Assembly: GCA_020847755.1 (NCBI GenBank)
Contig: JADLBK010000018.1
Coordinates: 1 to 58,227 of the forward strand
Direction: 5' to 3'
DNA length: 58,227 nucleotides
Origin: Flavobacteriales bacterium
GTDB lineage: Bacteria > Bacteroidota > Bacteroidia > Flavobacteriales_F > PHOS-HE28
Under the pieces are notes generated by a model. The model saw only the letters and a program-made list of their open reading frames with translations, was not told where the DNA came from and did no database searches. Shown here in pieces: positions 55,604 through 58,227 of this stretch. The translations under genes and the position numbers were made by a program. Numbering within the stretch: position 1 is the stretch's first letter; each line of letters starts with the position of its first letter.

Positions 55604-55764
55604 GAGCGCATCTCAAAATGACTTTTGGAAGCGAGCGGCAGGTATTCCGGGGCCAGCCCAGGCGCGAGACCCGAGCATAGCCGGTAGCTCTGTGAGGGGC
55701 GAGCAACGCCGGAAGGCCCCGAAAGGCCGCCGCGCAGCCCGAAGGGTTATTTTGAGATGCGCTC
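55604..55764. repeat. 161-bp element bounded by perfect 16-bp terminal inverted repeats (MITE-like or invertible-segment-like)
   Basis: GAGCGCATCTCAAAAT at 55604-55619 and its exact reverse complement ATTTTGAGATGCGCTC at 55749-55764. The GC-rich 129-nt interior contains local stems (e.g. GGCC-CCGAAA-GGCC). Confidence 0.75.
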
Positions 55765-55865
55765 TAACGAAGGTTATATTGATTCTGTGCTGGACCGCAG
55801 ATTGTTTTGCGGGCCACGGCGGAACCGTGTGCGATGTTGCACCCGCGGCTGTCGGTCAATAGGCC

Positions 55866-57275
55866 ATGAAGCATCTTCCACACCTCGCATTGTTCTTCTC
55901 GGGCCTGCTCACGGGCTTTGGGTCCTCCGCCCAGCCCGGATCGGTGGATCCCACGTTCGATCCGGGGTCCGGACCGGACGGGCGTGTGTTCGTCACCTCG
56001 ATGCAGGGCGATGGCAAGGTGCTCATCGCCGGTGATCTCGGGCAGGTGGCCGGCATACCGCGCAACAAGATCGCGCGACTCAACGCTGACGGTACGCTGG
56101 ACACCACGTTCGATCCCGGCACCGGCCCCGGAGCCTTCAACGTGACCTGCATCACCGAGCAGCCTGACGGCAGGATCCTCGTGGGTGGCGGATTCCCCAG
56201 CTTCAATGGGACCTCGTCCAGCATGATCGTGCGCCTGAACCCGGATGGCAGCGTGGACCCTGGTTTCGACACCGGTCTGGGTGCTGATTGGATCGTGTTC
56301 GCCATCGCCCTGCAACCGGATGGCAAGATCCTGGTCGGGGGGAACTTCGACACCTTCGATGGGTTACCCCGCTCGGGGGTGACCCGGCTCAACGACGACG
56401 GAAGTCAGGACCTCACGTTCAGTCCGGGCTCCGGCCTCGGGACCAACGGTCCGGCCAAGACCATCAACGCGTTCGCGCTGCAGCCCGACGGCAGGATCGT
56501 CATTGCAGGTCAGTTCAGCAGTTACGATGGCACCGCTCGCAACTGCATCGCGCGGTTGAATGCAGACGGCTCCTTGGACCCCACGTTCGATCCCGGTTCC
56601 GGTGCCGCGAACGGCGACATCCGTGACATGGTGCGTCAATCCGATGGAAAATTGGTCATCGCCGGAGGTTTCACCCATTACAACGGGGTGTCCAGGCCGC
56701 GATTCACGCGGGTCAACGGCGACGGTTCGTTGGATGTGGATTTCAGTACGGGCGACGGTCCGGACAGCTTCGTTCTTGCGCTGGCGCTGCAGCCTGATGG
56801 ACGCATCCTGCTCGGCGGGTTCTTTGATAGCTACGACCAGGTCGTCGTTCGTGACGTGGCGCGTGTCCATCCGGACGGGACCTTGGATGGGGCGTATGGT
56901 TCCATCCCCGGGGCGTTCGGGCTCGACAATGGCATTTATGACATCGTTCTCCAGGTGGACGGCAAGCTCATCATCGGTGGGCTGTTCTCGGAGTTCGATG
57001 GAACGCCCAGGAACAATGTGGCCAGGCTGGAGGGCGGAGGGTCCACAAGCGTGGACGGTGTCGCATCCGTTCAGGAGCCGCTTCGTGCCTGGCCCAACCC
57101 GACCAGCGATGCGCTCATGGTCGCTGGTGCGATCTCCGGGACGATCCTCGACCTGCAAGGCCGCGCCATGGGCGCATTCACCAAGAGCACCACGATCGAC
57201 GTGTCATCACTTGCTTCCGGCAGCTATGTCTTGCGGACGGATGAGGGCCGTGCCTTCCCGTTCGTGAAGGAATAG
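55866..57275 (+). CDS. Delta-60 repeat protein with a T9SS type A C-terminal sorting domain
   Basis: Signal MKHLPHLALFFSGLLTGFGSSAQ. About seven repeats of ...DGSLD.TFDPG.G......V.A.ALQPDGKILVGG.F..... C-terminus ...GSYVLRTDEGRAFPFVKE. Confidence 0.85.
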   Translation: MKHLPHLALFFSGLLTGFGSSAQPGSVDPTFDPGSGPDGRVFVTSMQGDGKVLIAGDLGQVAGIPRNKIARLNADGTLDTTFDPGTGPGAFNVTCITEQPDGRILVGGGFPSFNGTSSSMIVRLNPDGSVDPGFDTGLGADWIVFAIALQPDGKILVGGNFDTFDGLPRSGVTRLNDDGSQDLTFSPGSGLGTNGPAKTINAFALQPDGRIVIAGQFSSYDGTARNCIARLNADGSLDPTFDPGSGAANGDIRDMVRQSDGKLVIAGGFTHYNGVSRPRFTRVNGDGSLDVDFSTGDGPDSFVLALALQPDGRILLGGFFDSYDQVVVRDVARVHPDGTLDGAYGSIPGAFGLDNGIYDIVLQVDGKLIIGGLFSEFDGTPRNNVARLEGGGSTSVDGVASVQEPLRAWPNPTSDALMVAGAISGTILDLQGRAMGAFTKSTTIDVSSLASGSYVLRTDEGRAFPFVKE

Positions 57276-57283
57276 CGAGGGCT

Positions 57284-58227
57284 TCATCCCCCTATGCTCA
57301 CCATCGGCCGATCGCTGAGGTCGTGAAGCACCTGTTCCTGCTTCTCGGGCTTGAAGGGCGGCAGCCCGCCGAGCATGGCGTGCTTCGACAGCACGTTCGC
57401 CTCGATCAGCGGGGCGATGTCGTCGCCACGGCGCAATGCTGAGAGCAGGTCGGTCTCCTCGCGCGCGAAGAGACAGTTGCGCATCTTTCCTTCAGCGGTG
57501 AGCCGCATGCGGTCGCAGCTGCCGCAGAAGGGCTCGGTCACCGTGCTGATCACAGCGAAGGTGCCTTTCCAACCGGGAACGCGGTAGGCCTTGGCCGTGC
57601 TGTGGGGATCGTCGGAGACCTTCTCGACGCTGTGCACGCTGCCGATGTGGCCCAGCATCTCGGCATAGGTGTACACACGTTCCCTTCCCCAGTGGTTGCC
57701 CGCGAACGGCATGAACTCGATGAAGCGCACATGCAGGTCGTGATGCTCCGTGAGCTCCACGAAGCGCAGGATCTCGTCGTCGTTGATGCCGCGCATCACC
57801 ACCATGTTCAGTTTCACTCGCAGTCCGCGTGCATGGGCTGCTTGGATGTTCGCCCAGACCGTGTTGTAGCCATCGCGTCGGGTGATCGACCGGAATCGCC
57901 CCGCATCGAAGGTGTCCAGGCTCACGTTCAGGCTGCGCAGACCCGCGTCGATCAGTCCGTCGAGGTGCCGGTGCAGGGTGAGGGCGTTGGTGGTGAGGCC
58001 GAGCTTCACGGGCAGAGCGGCCATGTCGCGCACGATGTCCACCGCATCCGGTCGGACCAGGGGTTCGCCGCCGGTCAGCCGGACCTTGTCCACCCCGAAC
58101 CGCTCCACGAAGAGCCGGGTGATGGTGCCGATCTCCGCCCGGGTCATCAGCTCCTCCCGCCGCAGGAAGTGCTGGTCCTCCGGCATGCAGTACGTGCAGC
58201 GCAGGTCGCACTTGTCCACGATGCTGA
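57284..58227 (-). CDS. moaA: GTP 3',8-cyclase (radical SAM), 5' end beyond the window
   Basis: ...IVDKCDLRCTYCMP (CxxxCxxC radical SAM), GGEPL, and a C-terminal FC..C.R.R.T..G. The frame stays open to the right edge. Confidence 0.92.
   Translation of the reverse strand, partial: SIVDKCDLRCTYCMPEDQHFLRREELMTRAEIGTITRLFVERFGVDKVRLTGGEPLVRPDAVDIVRDMAALPVKLGLTTNALTLHRHLDGLIDAGLRSLNVSLDTFDAGRFRSITRRDGYNTVWANIQAAHARGLRVKLNMVVMRGINDDEILRFVELTEHHDLHVRFIEFMPFAGNHWGRERVYTYAEMLGHIGSVHSVEKVSDDPHSTAKAYRVPGWKGTFAVISTVTEPFCGSCDRMRLTAEGKMRNCLFAREETDLLSALRRGDDIAPLIEANVLSKHAMLGGLPPFKPEKQEQVLHDLSDRPMVSIGG

Noticed and set aside
55541-55865. tRNA or other small RNA gene in the 325-nt gap
   Set aside because: No cloverleaf-compatible arms or a GTTCGAATC-type T-loop were seen. 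The dominant structure is the 16-bp inverted-repeat pair, reported separately.

Overview
GC-rich (about two-thirds G+C by eye) chromosomal segment that looks like a Bacteroidota genome. Evidence: b558-type SdhC with SdhAB, TAnnTTTG -7 promoter boxes, little Shine-Dalgarno signal, and seven secreted proteins with T9SS C-terminal sorting domains (five type A, two giant type B/CHU_C adhesins), about a third of the window. Housekeeping genes: IscA/HesB, ThiL, Xaa-Pro aminopeptidase, sdhCAB, YbdL-type aminotransferase plus omega-amidase, GAF/MsrC-like protein, ComF, a family-5 peptide-binding SBP, an OmpA-like lipoprotein, DAHP synthase/chorismate mutase, and a molybdenum-cofactor cluster (ThiF-like, TauE, moeA, mobA, moaD, moaE, moaC-moaB fusion, with moaA displaced). 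Regulators: a propeller/Y_Y_Y LytS-type kinase with a LytTR regulator and a coupled acidic lipoprotein, plus a second orphan LytTR regulator. No rRNA, tRNA, CRISPR array, transposase or integrase was recognised. Most unusual observations: (1) toxin-antitoxin cassettes (DUF433, antitoxin+RelE/ParE, MNT+HEPN) lie between sdhB and the aminotransferase gene, and each cassette block is preceded by a decayed copy of the aminotransferase 5' end; (2) a T9SS cargo gene is bracketed by 114-bp direct repeats of its own 3' end; (3) two very long surface or outer-membrane genes each carry one in-frame stop (TGA at a paralog Cys position, TAG in an OMP gene); (4) a dyad-symmetric array of CAAG heptads sits in a divergent promoter region; (5) a 161-bp element with perfect 16-bp terminal inverted repeats lies upstream of a surface-protein gene. 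Many long ORFs in the track are antisense artefacts of the high GC content and were not called.
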